DNA of 64,000 bases, taken from the NCBI GenBank assembly GCA_020137815.1, contig CM035362.1:496001-560000 (forward strand), in the 5' to 3' direction. Below are positions 24,901 through 44,427 of the stretch, one piece after another. The stretch's first letter is position 1; the number at the start of each line of letters is the position of its first letter. Source of the DNA: Hormiphora californensis. Lineage: Eukaryota; Animalia; Ctenophora. A program made the translations under genes and the position numbers. The notes beneath the pieces are model-generated. The model did not search any database. It was not told the DNA's origin and saw only the letters and a program-made list of their open reading frames with translations.

Positions 24901-27900
24901 CAGAGTTTGGTAAAATTGGCACAAAACAAAATATATCCAACACATGCATGCTCGTTTCGAGGCCCTGTGTACCTACAAGTACCTACAAGTACCTACAAGT
25001 ACCTACAAGTACCTACAAGTCCTACATACCCGCACTGTTGATGAAACTCCCCATTTTCTGTATTTTATCAGCTGAGTACATTGTTACAAAATCCTCCTGA
25101 ATCTGGCCCATCCGTCCAAAGGCCTCCATTACAGAGTAGTCCGGGGGTGTTATTAACATGGTAGTTACAGTTGGACCCTTTTGGTAACTGGGAAATGTCA
25201 TTTGTTAGATTGGTAACATTTGGTGAATGATAACAAGAATCTTTCAGTTATTGATTCGGGTCGAAATTAAACACGTGCCCCCAAAAGAGCTTGACAGATA
25301 TTTCGTTCGTTCTCCTTTCATAACATACCCTTTCTATTCCCTCATAACCCCTCTCTTTCTATTCCCTCATAACCCCTCTCTTTCTCACTCTCCCTTTCTC
25401 GATAGCTCCCACTCTCCCTTTCTCGATACCTCCCACCACTAAAATTGCAATAAAGCAGACCTTTCCAATAACGTGTCAAAAACCTTTATAGTGCTACTAC
25501 TTCTACTACCCTCATTTTGCAAGTACTAGAGCTCCTTTTTCTCTCTCGAGAGATATACTACGAGAAAGAGATATGTCTTCAACTGCCATGTCTGATTTTA
25601 CAGCAAAGCTTGATATTCGTACAATTCTACTTGTTATTTACACCATATTCATCTTTTTCCTTCTCTTTCTCGGCTACTTCAGGTAAAACTCTCTCTCCCT
25701 CTCCCTCTTTAACTCTCCCTCTCTCTCTCTATCTCTCTCCCCCTGTTTTAGATGTGTAACCTAGCTACCTTTTAGTAACCTAGTCCATTAGTAACGTAGT
25801 TACTTTTAGTGACTTAATTAGCTTTTAGTAACCTAGTCCATTAGTAACCTAGTTACCTTTAGTAACCTATAGTCCTTTAGTAACCTAGTTACCCTTTAGT
25901 AACCTAGTTACCTTTTAGTAACCTAGTTACCCTTTAGTAACCTAGTTACCCTTTAGTAACCTATAGTCCATTAGTAACCTAGTTACCCTTTAGTAACCTA
26001 TAGTCCATTAGTAACCTAGTTACCCTTTAGTAACCTAGTCCACTAGTAACCTAGTTACCCTTTAGTAACCTATAGTCCATTAGTAACCTAGTTACCCTTT
26101 AGTAACCTAGTTACCCTTTAGTAACCTAGTTACCCTTTAGTAACCTATAGTCCATTAGTAACCTAGTTACCCTTTAGTAACCTATAGTCCATTAGTAACC
26201 TAGTTACCCTTTAGTAACCTAGTTACCCTTTAGTAACCTAGTTACCCTTTAGTAACCTAGTTACCATTTAGTAACCTAGTTACCATTTAGTAACCTAGTT
26301 ACCCTTTAGTAACCTATAGTCCATTAGTAACCTAGTTACCCTTTAGTAACCTATAGTCCATTAGTAACCTAGTTACCCTTTAGTAACCTAGTTACCCTTT
26401 AGTAACCTAGTTACCCTTTAGTAACCTAGTTACCCTTTAGTAACCTAGTTACCCTTTAGTAACCTATAGTCCATTAGTAACCTAGTTACCCTTTAGTAAC
26501 CTAGTTACCCTATAGTAACCTAGTTACCCTTTAGTAACCTATAGTAGAGGCAATAATTACACTCACCTCCTCTGATTTCTATGAAACTTCTCCCATGCTA
26601 AGAGGTGGCAATAGAGGTTCAAATACCGCAGAGTTTAAGTCTGAACAATGTTCGGTTCGTTAGTTATCGCTAATTGAAAAACGCCAAAATGGCCTAAAAT
26701 CGCCCTAAGTTCCAAATTGAAATTTTGGAGTTGAGACTCCAGACTTCGTGGAGATGTCCGCTAGGATGACAATATGCACCAAAATCGGACGGAAGCCTAA
26801 ATTCGTCCGAATTCTGTACGAAAAGCCAGGTAGACTGAATTTTGGTCACGTGACATGGGTCCAAAATCAGTTTTTTGCTATTTACGCCTTTCCTGTACGT
26901 CGGAGACAAAAAATATGGCCAATACTTGTCATTTCCATCGCTTTCTGCATCTTTTAAGCCCCCTATAAATATCCCTTACTTCGACGGTTCAGAAGTGACG
27001 TCATTTAGTCTGCTGAAAAACTCTAACTACTGAACCGTTGAAGTAAGGGATATTTATAGGGGGCTTAAAAGATGCAGAAAGCGATGGAAATGACAAGTAT
27101 TGGCAATATTTTTTGTCTCCGACGTACAGGAAAAGCGTAAATGGCAAAAAAATGATTTTGGACCCATGTCACGTGACCAAAATTCAGTCTACCCGGCTTT
27201 TCGTACCGAATTCGGACGAATTTAGGCTTCCGTCCGATTTTGGTGCATATTGTCATCCTAGCGGACATCTCCACGAAGTCTGGAGTCTCAACTCCAAAAT
27301 TTCAATTCGGAACTTAGGGCGATTTTAGCCCATTTTGGCGTTTTTCAATTAGCGATAATTAACGAACCGAACATTGTTCAGACTTAAACTCTGCGGTATT
27401 TGAACCTCTATTGCCACCTCTTAGCATGGGAGAAGTTTCATAGAAATCAGAGGAGGTGAGTGTAATTATTGCCTCTACTACTAGTTACCCTTTAGTAACC
27501 TATAGTCCATGGTGAGGAGGAATGTACACCTCAGATTTTACAGAAAAAAATGATCTGAGAACTATTCTACTCGTCATATACGGGATCTTTATATTCTTTC
27601 TCCTATTTCTCGGATACTTTGGGTAGGTGGGTGTACTGTGTAGTGTTGTAGTTTAGTAGTTTTAGATTGTTCATTGTACACCCACCTACCTCTGTCTTCT
27701 CTCTCTCTTTCTTTCTCGGATACAATTTCATTTTGGGGAGGGTGTACAATGTACAATTGACCATCAGGATGTACAATGTACAATTGATAACTCAAGTTGC
27801 TTTTGTCTGATTTGTTTCCCCCACTACTACAGGTTTAAAAGCGTGTCCCTGGCGTGTTGTTCATCAATGACAGGAGATAAATCAGGTCGGGGTGGGCAGT

Positions 27901-28815
27901 TGAGAGAGCGCCCAGAACGGATGTCAACCCCTAATGCTAGCTCCAGGATTACTGAAGATCTACTGATCAACTTTGCTGAGAAACAGTATACTGGTACGTA
28001 TATGAGAAAAGGGTCTTGTGTTTTGAGAGGAGGGTCATTAAATATTTATTATTCATTGCCTTGTTCGACCCTCCTTCCCTGCGTGGCGCGCCCCTATAAA
28101 ATAAAACGGTTTGAACAAAACAAATTATTCACTAATTACTCGCTAATTATTTGCTAATTAATTACAGCGATGGAGAAGGAGAAGAGTGACAGGGAGGCTG
28201 CTAATACCATGCGCCACGAGGAGCACTACTGCAGATAGGGAAGAGGGAACACTGTCCTACAATACGTGTCACGTGATTCAGATAGAGACGGAGAGAGGAA
28301 CAATAACCTGCAGAATATAGGGAAGGAGATATTATAGATGTGATGCGAGAAAGGAAAATTTGACTTTGAGACATTTCATAGACCTATGGTCTAAGACCAT
28401 AGGGCTTACATATAATCTTGCAGGGAAGAAAGAAAATTATTTGAGGGAATGATGATCCTAAAAGTTATATATCCTGCCCTGGCTGTTATATTGTGTAGAT
28501 TTCTGATTAAACCATTTTCAATACCCTTGTTTTATTCTCTATCAAACTCAATGGACTGTATCTCCCCATACCAACCCTAGCCGGGTTGCCTAAATACTCG
28601 GCTCTCAATAAGATACGGATTTGAAAATAACAACACCCAACAACTTACTGGAATACAGATGTGCCTGCTTCAAGGGACACTTGGTTAGGCATCAACTGGG
28701 CATTATAGAATATCTTCTTGGCTTGCTTTAGTTGGTCCCTGTCAAGCTTCTTATCACTAACTGACAGTAAGTATCCGTCACTGGACCTAGCTACCAGAAC
28801 TACAGGGGTTGACAT
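21928..28815 (-). CDS. SEC22: SEC22A/C-type longin-domain membrane protein, ~272 aa. Exons 28815-28649, 25187-25030, 23440-23288, 23028-22937, 22585-22532, 22122-21928
   Basis: N-terminus MSTPVVLVARSSDGYLLSVS..QLKQAKKIF..QVSLEAGTSVFHY..EAFGRMGQIQEDF matches the Sec22 longin domain (MIARVADGLPLAAS..QAKQLF..CTLEAGAMTFHY..LAFAYLEDLHSEF). The C-terminus has about four hydrophobic segments and no evident SNARE coil. Confidence 0.8.
22240..22458. mobile_element. Degenerate ~220-bp MITE in the last SEC22 intron
   Basis: TTTTCGGAACGTGTTCGTCT ... AGACGAACACGCTCCGAAAA inverted pair. Confidence 0.5.
24968..25023. repeat. 10-bp tandem repeat (ACCTACAAGT)n next to a SEC22 donor site
   Basis: Seen directly. 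Confidence 0.9.
25756..26541. repeat. Minisatellite (AGTAACCTAGTTACCCTTT / AGTAACCTATAGTCCATT units), resuming at 27481-27510 after the foldback insertion
   Basis: Seen directly. Confidence 0.95.
26542..27480. mobile_element. 939-bp foldback non-autonomous element with TAG..CTA termini and 3-bp TSD (CTA); Academ-like
   Basis: AAC-CTA|TAGTAGAGGCAATAATTAC ... GTAATTATTGCCTCTACTA|CTA-GTTACC. Removing it restores the minisatellite unit AGTAACCTAGTTACC. ~450-bp TIRs. Confidence 0.85.
27867..28238 (+). CDS. Putative small two-exon peptide (~65 aa) antisense inside SEC22 intron 1 (exons ~27833/27867-27993 and 28168-28238)
   Basis: CAG|GTTT acceptor, ACTG|GTACGT donor and TACAG|CG acceptor join in phase: MTGDKSGRGGQLRERPERMSTPNASSRITEDLLINFAEKQYTAMEKEKSDREAANTMRHEEHYCR*. 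No homology recognised. Confidence 0.4.
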
Positions 28816-29302
28816 TGCTATAGCGAGGGGTGGGGGTTACTTTATATGTTTTTAGGTATTTGAAGATTTAACATAATTTATTGTTAGTTGTGTGTGTGAG
28901 ATATTGAGATAAAGAAACGTACGACCCTGTAACTGTCATATCGTATATTCACTGGCAATATATGTACCGTCACTCTTCCAATATATCTCTAGGACCATGA
29001 ACTAATATTACAATTCACTAATGCAATTCACTGTCACATATATCTGTCACAAAGACTGCCACTACAAATACACTGTCATTTTAGGACACTGTGACACTGC
29101 CAATGATATGTCAACAGAATTCTGAATAGTGAATAGACCCTTTGACTTCAGGGCTGCTTCTGGGGGAACAGTTTTTGTGATACAACCACTACGTTTGCAG
29201 ATCGGGTCAGATAGGGTGGGCGCCGCCAGATAACCACTAAGGTGGTAGTGGGTCACTTGTATAACACTAACAGCTGTTCAAGTAATAAATATCTGATTGT
29301 GC

Positions 29303-30172
29303 TCAAGAAGTTAGTCTGGCTGCGAGTTCTGCCCGTATTTTCAGTTGTGATGAAGCAATCGCAGAACTGGCCGATTTGATAAGGTTCAGTTGCTTCTCAG
29401 CCCGTTCTCTGGCCATCGCCAACTCTTTATCTGCCTCCTGGAGGGGGGAGAAGATATAAGGAGAAGTGGGGGGGGGGAAGAAGAGGTCAGAAGAAGTATT
29501 GAACTGTTGTACCCAGAAAATAGGGTCTGTACTGAGGGAGAGAGAAGAGATCAGGGGAATTATAGGAAATTATGGAATAAAAAGAACGTGCATCATCATG
29601 ATCAATATAATTCGAACCTCATTTTCTTTCAGTAGTGTAGTGAGGCGACTCAGCTGATTCTCACTGGATATTTCCTCCTGAAACATGTAGTTTAGATTTC
29701 TTACCCTTCTCGGTGAGAGGGTCGAGAAAAACTAGAAAAACTAGAAAAAGAGCGCAAAGACCAAACAATAATGCGTTCCCAGAATAATGAACCCCACTGC
29801 ACAATCCACATCCACCATGTAACAAGTTCACGTGAACACTATTGTTAAATGTACCGTGGGTAGTGAGTCAATTAGCAGGTTAATGTTAGCTGTGGTGTCG
29901 GATATCAGTTTGGAGAAGAGGGCTATATCAGACTTCCTTTTATCTGGGTTAGTTCCAGCTGACTGCAGAACACCTGGTGATGGAAAGAAGAGGGTTGTAA
30001 TGGTACGCAGGACACCTGGCGGAAAGGAAAAGGAGGGTTGTAATACACAGAACACATGTTTGAAAGTTGTGGGGCTATTTTTTGGTACTGCTCAGTGCTT
30101 ACCTACAGAGTCGCACATGTATGTTGCAAGGTTGTTAGTTTCCTCCTGTAGCTGGGTGATCCTGTCAGTCAT
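29303..30172 (-). CDS. MED21: Mediator subunit 21, ~127 aa. Exons 30172-30103, 29973-29855, 29677-29618, 29437-29303
   Basis: MTDRITQLQEETNNLATYMCDSVGVLQ..LFSKLISDTTANINLLIDSLPTEE..LLKENEEA..IASSQLKIR matches MED21 (MADRLTQLQD..CNAIGVLQ..IDVLIDSLPSEE..IAQSQLKTR). Confidence 0.93.
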
Positions 30173-30358
30173 GATGCAGCGCTATAGCAGAGATAGTTTA
30201 GAGGGAAAAGAGGGAATGTTTGGGGAAAAGGAGAGAAAAGGAGGGAAGGGAAAGAGGGAACAAAATGAAAAACTTTGTTTATTTCAAATCTCCAAAGTAC
30301 GTTTACAAAAAGGTCCCAGATAAAATAAACACACTGCAAAACTGATTTAATTGATATA

Positions 30359-30530
30359 CAGTCGGACCCCGATTTAGGGGCCCCCGATTTAGTGGCACCC
30401 CGATTTAGGGACAGGATTTTTTTCCCCCGATATAGGAAATTAACCTTATTTGACCCCGATTTAGTGGACACCCCGATTTAGTGGACAAGAGCCTTTCCCC
30501 CGAGGGTGTCCCTAAATCGGGGTCCGACTG
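30359..30530. mobile_element. 172-bp Tigger/pogo-like MITE (CAGTCGGACCCCGATTTAG TIR, TA TSD)
   Basis: TA|CAGTCGGACCCCGATTTAGG ... CCTAAATCGGGGTCCGACTG|TA; truncated second copy at 63832-63970. Confidence 0.88.
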
Positions 30531-30835
30531 TATATCTAATTATTAGAAAAGGGTTGAGAAGATAAAACTAAGCTTAGTTAACAGCTAAGATCCTAATCAT
30601 TACAGGTTTATAACACTATGTTCTAAATTTATACTGACTAATATCAGGCTACTTTCCAAAATATGTATATGAATCTAGAATGGTTTCTAGAATTCTGTTA
30701 GTTCACTGACTGGGTAGAAAATTAAAGTAAAATCACAAAACCTCTATTACATCATCTGATAATCTGTAATCAAATAACAAAACAACAACAATTGTTAGTC
30801 ACACTCCATCTCATTTTTTAGTTCATACTTCCTTT

Positions 30836-31527
30836 GGGGGGGTTCCCATGGTATACTTTGGTATACTTTGGTATACTTTGGTATATGGAAAATCCCAAAA
30901 AATTATGTGGAAAGTACCAAAGTATACCAAAGTATACCATATCTTTTTAATAGCTTTACGTACTTTAAAGTGTTAATTTACAACAGTTAAGGCTTTAAAA
31001 CATTTTATATAAACTTTCTTAACTCATAAAATTGGACAATGGTGCTAAATAGGCTAAATTCATAGAATCGAGGGAAAATATTACCTATAAAATGGTGAGT
31101 CAGAAATCTGGGGTTTGACAAATTGGGACCCATTTGAGTATGATAAAAAAACTTTTAAAAAGTCAAGAAAATGTTCAAATAGTATTTGGTAAAGTCTCCA
31201 AAAATTTTTCAAAAATTGCCTTCACCGGGAATCGAACCCTGAGTGGCAAGCCTTGAGCACTAGCCGGATGATGTAACAAAAACGTAAAAATCGGTTTAAT
31301 AAGCGTTATATTACCAACTTATAACGAAATAAGGATGTAGTTTTACAAATTTAGTCATCTATGTTAACTTATCGCTTAAATTTTACCTTTTTCAAAATTT
31401 TTATGGTATACTTTGGTATACCTTGGTATACTTTGGTATACTTTGGTATACTTTGGTATATGGAAAATCGCTGAAAAAGTTGTGGAAAGTGCCAAAGTAT
31501 ACCAAAGTATACCATGGGAACCCCCCC
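30836..31527. mobile_element. 692-bp Mutator (MULE)-type MITE, G7/C7 termini, 9-bp TSD ACTTCCTTT
   Basis: TSD at 30827-30835 and 31528-31536; TIR GGGGGGGTTCCCATGGTATACTTTGG; subterminal (GGTATACTTT)n repeats. Confidence 0.88.
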
Positions 31528-31536
31528 ACTTCCTTT

Positions 31537-32544
31537 TTACAGGACAGAGTAAGGAAGGAAATAAATTGGTTTGCTCTCACTACAAGAATTATGTGCAGAT
31601 TTAGGGCAATCCCTAGGCTCGAACCCTTGGTTATACACAGTGACACTTGGAACAGTAGCTGTTTCGACTGCCCATTTGACTTCCTTCACGTACCTACACC
31701 ATGTGCTAACTTGATTCACCCCAAATGCGCTCTTCATGGCGCCATTAAACTGCTCAAAAGTATAACTCTTCTCAGTAGAGGGGTGATGCCGGCCCTGGTC
31801 AGTGCTGCGTCCATATCATACTTGTCATTCAGCTGGAGAGCTTTGGAGAAGTAATCGTGTTCTGTCTCTAGGACGTCTGTACAGCAGGTACCGTGCTTGC
31901 AGTACTCGTGACCCCAGAACTTGGTATCACCACCCTTGTAGTCAGTGGGCCACCTGATGGGGGGGGGTGGTTAGAGATAGGAGGCCACCTAATAAATACT
32001 ATGGGAGGCCACCTGATAATATTAATTGGGTGATTAGAAGATCATTCTAATCACAGTGATAGTTAACAACTCCCTCAAAATGATCTACTACCCCAGAAGT
32101 GTACTAACTTTTTGTGCATGGTATCCATCAGGTCTGATATTTGGGTGGTGTTGAGGTGGCAGGATGAGGCACAATCAGCGGGGTACTCCGTAGCTGTCTT
32201 ACTGGGCCACAATCTGATAGGGGTAGGGGGTGTGAATACTGAATACTAAATAAAAATGGGAGAGAGCCGAGAGGGTGATCGGGTACATGTCTCATTTTGA
32301 GGCATTTTACACAATTTGTTTTAAATAAACAGTACAGCTGATGGTAATTACAAAAACAGTACAAATTAGTTATATACCCATGTAGAGTCCAGTAGGATAT
32401 GTAATCAGGTAGCTCCTTGCACTGATGAGATGCCTTGTAACAACTGTTAGGGGACCACTGTCTGGTGAAGTCAAAGTAGTTGTACTCGTTGTCAGCACTA
32501 ACAGGCGCTGCTAGCAGTATCAGGGCAACTGTCACCAATAACAT
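31537..32544 (-). CDS. RNASET2: Ribonuclease T2 family, secreted. Exons 32544-32378, 32213-32109, 31953-31537; the last exon carries apparent 1-nt homopolymer indels
   Basis: Signal peptide MLLVTVALILLAAPVSA; QWSPNSC; CAS I WTLHGLWPS; CAS II FWGHEYCKHGTC. Confidence 0.9.
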
Positions 32545-32929
32545 GTTTAGACACTATTTAGGGAGGGGGAGAAATGTTAGAAACTGTCCATGTCGGTAGA
32601 ACTGATTGGCAGTACATATATTGTCTTTTACTGTACGAATGAATGGTACAAGATATAAACTGATCTACATGCGCCCTATGTAAATATATGGCTCTTACAG
32701 GAATGTATTATTATTATGGAAGGTATCATTCTGAAAAGCAAACGACAGAAAATAAGAAGTGAGATAACGGAGGGCACGTCGCTGTTATCACCTCACATGC
32801 AACTACAGGGGTGTTAAATTACTAAACAGGCTGTTGAGCAGCCAAAAGAGACATTATTTCTGCAGTCTGGCTACAGCAAGGTAGAGTTACGTGCCTCACA
32901 CAACCTGCAGTTAATTACACAAATCAACT

Positions 32930-33915
32930 GTTCGCAGCTTCCGAAGGACTGTCCCTCGTCTTCGTCACTCATTTTTTGATTGTTTTTGGCTTTGGTCGCC
33001 CAAAACCTTATGTTTAGAAGCCCGAAAATGTGTTCCGACGTGCATATAATGCGACACGCATATTTTACCCAAAGACGATTTAAATAGTGGAATAATTCAG
33101 TTTCCGACTATATTTTTGCTTTGGAGTGACGTTTAATCGTTTTGGAGACCTGTCGAGGTGGTTTGCAAGGCACATGAGGCACGTACATTACCAATTTTTC
33201 ACATCAGCGGTTTCCTAAAGCGTTTTATCAATAAATCAAAACACCCACTGCCCAGTATTCCAGGCTAATTATTTTAACACTCATTGTCCTAAATTTAGAC
33301 CCTTAAATCTCAGTTCCAACTAAATTATACGGCAGGTTAGAAGTTTTGACTTTTGAGAATGGAAGCACGCAAATTTTAAAATGCAAAGCCCTGCTCGCGT
33401 GACGCGGAAAAGTAAAAACGTTAAAATCTGGGTGCCTTCCATTGCTAACTTGGCAAACGTTGCTGGCAGCGCGGAATAAGGCAGCTATTTTCAAATTGCT
33501 AACAATTCATCGATTTGGAATTTGGCGGTCGAGACGGGTTAGGGCTGTTGTTTGAAAAATTTGAAAAATCCACACACAGCCAAGATTTTTTGTCAGCACT
33601 GTGTTGCTTTTTACGCCGCGCACGTGGGAAAAACCGTAATTACGCGCGCGGCGTAAAAAGCAACACAGTGTTTTGGCATACGTTGCAGGCCCCTTTAGTA
33701 GGGTTTCTTAATTTCGCGCGCAGTAGTGAAATTCGTAAATGGATTTGCGCGTGCAAGTGCGCGGCTCTTTTTGAGCGAAAAGTTTTGTCCATGCCGAGCC
33801 GAACCAAAAATTTTTCATTTCCACTCTTGTGGATTCTGGAAAGTGACATCCGGACGCTTTGTGCAATTTTTTATCCGCCCGGGTGAATGCCGAAGGCATT
33901 CACCCTGATGATCTT
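32930..33915. mobile_element. Probable Helitron/Helentron-like non-autonomous element with terminal hairpin
   Basis: Perfect hairpin GGGTGAATGCC-GAA-GGCATTCACCC at 33881-33905 followed by a T-run. Internal part (33550-33610) is homologous to the sequence flanking the LINE at 47826-47835 and 51335-51380. Boundaries approximate. Confidence 0.45.
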
Positions 33916-34006
33916 TTTTAGCAAGAAATTTTGTAAACAACCTCATCTGGATTAAGTCACAGTTACGGCTGCATTAAAGAGGTTTTTGAAATACCCATTG
34001 AACTAT

Positions 34007-34440
34007 CTCCTTGGTAAATGGCTAAAGAGATCCCCAGACAATCCACCGGTTACTAGATATACTCGACAGAATACTAACTCGATTCTTGACTGGGCACGAA
34101 TAGCTTCCAGGGAGAAAAAGGCTCTATGAGGATTGAGGAACTACCACCTGAGCTCAGCTGTGCTGTGTCTGCGCAAAGGACTATAAGATTGCGTTGCGTA
34201 GTGAATTTGTCAACTCCTCCTAATGCGAATCACGGGTCTGGCTTCCGATGGGACTACATAGTTACCCTCGCTCCCTTTCCTGGTCCTTTCCTGGGTTCCC
34301 GTGTCCTGTCTATTGTGCCCTGTCCCACCTATCACTGCCACCACGGCCCACGCTCTATGGCTTATAATGCTCTGTTCCAAATTCCAGACCTTCACAGCCT
34401 TCTATCCTACCTACCTACCTTCCTACCTACCTACTTTCCT
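34007..34440 (+). mobile_element. 3' fragment of a CR1/L2 LINE (ORF2 C-terminus, UTR, (CTAC)n tail)
   Basis: LLGKWLKRSPDNPPVTRYTRQNTNSILDW resembles the CR1-type ORF2 end (compare LGNYLTGFHDRPPVRGY in the intact LINE of this window). Confidence 0.55.
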
Positions 34441-34781
34441 ACTGTATTATTCCTACTGTATTATTCCTTCATTCTGAACACCGGTATCTAGGGAGGGGAG
34501 GCTGTCACCAGGGCAACATATTTACAAGATTACAAGATTCCCGACCATTCCCCAGTCAAAGTGCTACGATGGAAGTATCACGGTGGTTGGAGTATCCTTA
34601 GCTTTGACTGCTCGTGAGTCCGGTGTTCACTGCTCAGTGCTGCTCAGTGCTGCTCAGTGCTGCTCAGCGCTTTTAATTTTGTTAACCAGAATAATAAGAT
34701 ATGATATCTCTATTCAAACTCCGAATTTTGTTTTTGGGTCCATTAAAAGTTCCTTATATGCTCGCTCTTCTAGGATGACAA

Positions 34782-42957
<8,176 letters not shown>

Positions 42958-43789
42958 ACATGGGACTTGTCACCCAAAATATGTGTATTTACAGCACACG
43001 ACTCATACAGTTCACGGTCATCCTCAATAAATAGTTTTACGTTATCCTGGTTATCCTGAAATATATTGGTTTGCCCCAGTCGGCAGTCTGTTTCTTTCAT
43101 AGATCCTATACCACTTGGTATACTTGAAAGAAGTATCTCTTTAGTACTATATCGTCCCCCTCTCATTAACCCTATCTAAGTTTGGCACAATACCCAGTGC
43201 CGGGATGCCTGCCGACAGCACCTGATGACACCGCCTTCTCCAACTCATCGACCTTCTCTGAGACAAGCAACCCTACTTCCTTCTACAACATTGCAGTGGT
43301 GTGTGAGCAGGACTCTGTTTTTAAGCGTATATTTGAACACTATAATAGTATGGAACAGATTTCTATAACTATTACATACTTAAATTTAGTTTCGATTCAT
43401 ATTATCTCCTTATTTGATTCCAAGTTATATCTGTTCCAACTCGAGTGAAATTACTTTAAACTAACAGATTTATAGCGATTTGTCGTTGTGTGTGTGTGTC
43501 CTAGTGAGTGTGTGTGTCCTAGTGAGTGTGTGTCCTAGTGAGTGTAGGATGTATCCATCTTGTGAATCTAGAATTATAATACTTTAATTTTAATCGTGTT
43601 TCTAATTCTAGTTTCTATTTGACCTTTTACATATTTGAGTAAGAGCTACGTGGGTGCCATCTGTCATTGTGGCGTGTATGCTACGTTGGTGGAGCCCGTG
43701 GACGGTGCTATTTAACGATCCATTGACTTTGTGATATATCTCTGTTCTAAATAAAATGTTTTCCCCGATAAAATATATCAAGTTGTTCA

Positions 43790-43998
<209 letters not shown>

Positions 43999-44346
43999 AG
44001 TATACATAACGTAACACCTAACCGTAACACGTAACACCTAACCCGTAACATCTCTCCTTCTAGCTATTTTTTAGCTGTTTCAGATACCCTTCCCATCCTC
44101 TTCTTCAGACTCCTAGGGACCCTCCTCCCGTTACATCAGAACACTCCTTGTCCTACACTATGAATGTGTTTATTTGTGTGCGTGTTTATTTGTGTGCGAT
44201 GTGTTTCCGTCACATGGAGCTGGCATATCAAACTCTAAAATATTTTTTTTGCGTACGATTGTTTGATGAGTCCAAATTTATATTTTCAACCAACCAACCA
44301 ACCAATCACTCTCTCTTTCTCTCTCTCTCTTTCTCTCTCTCTCTAG

Positions 44347-44427
<81 letters not shown>

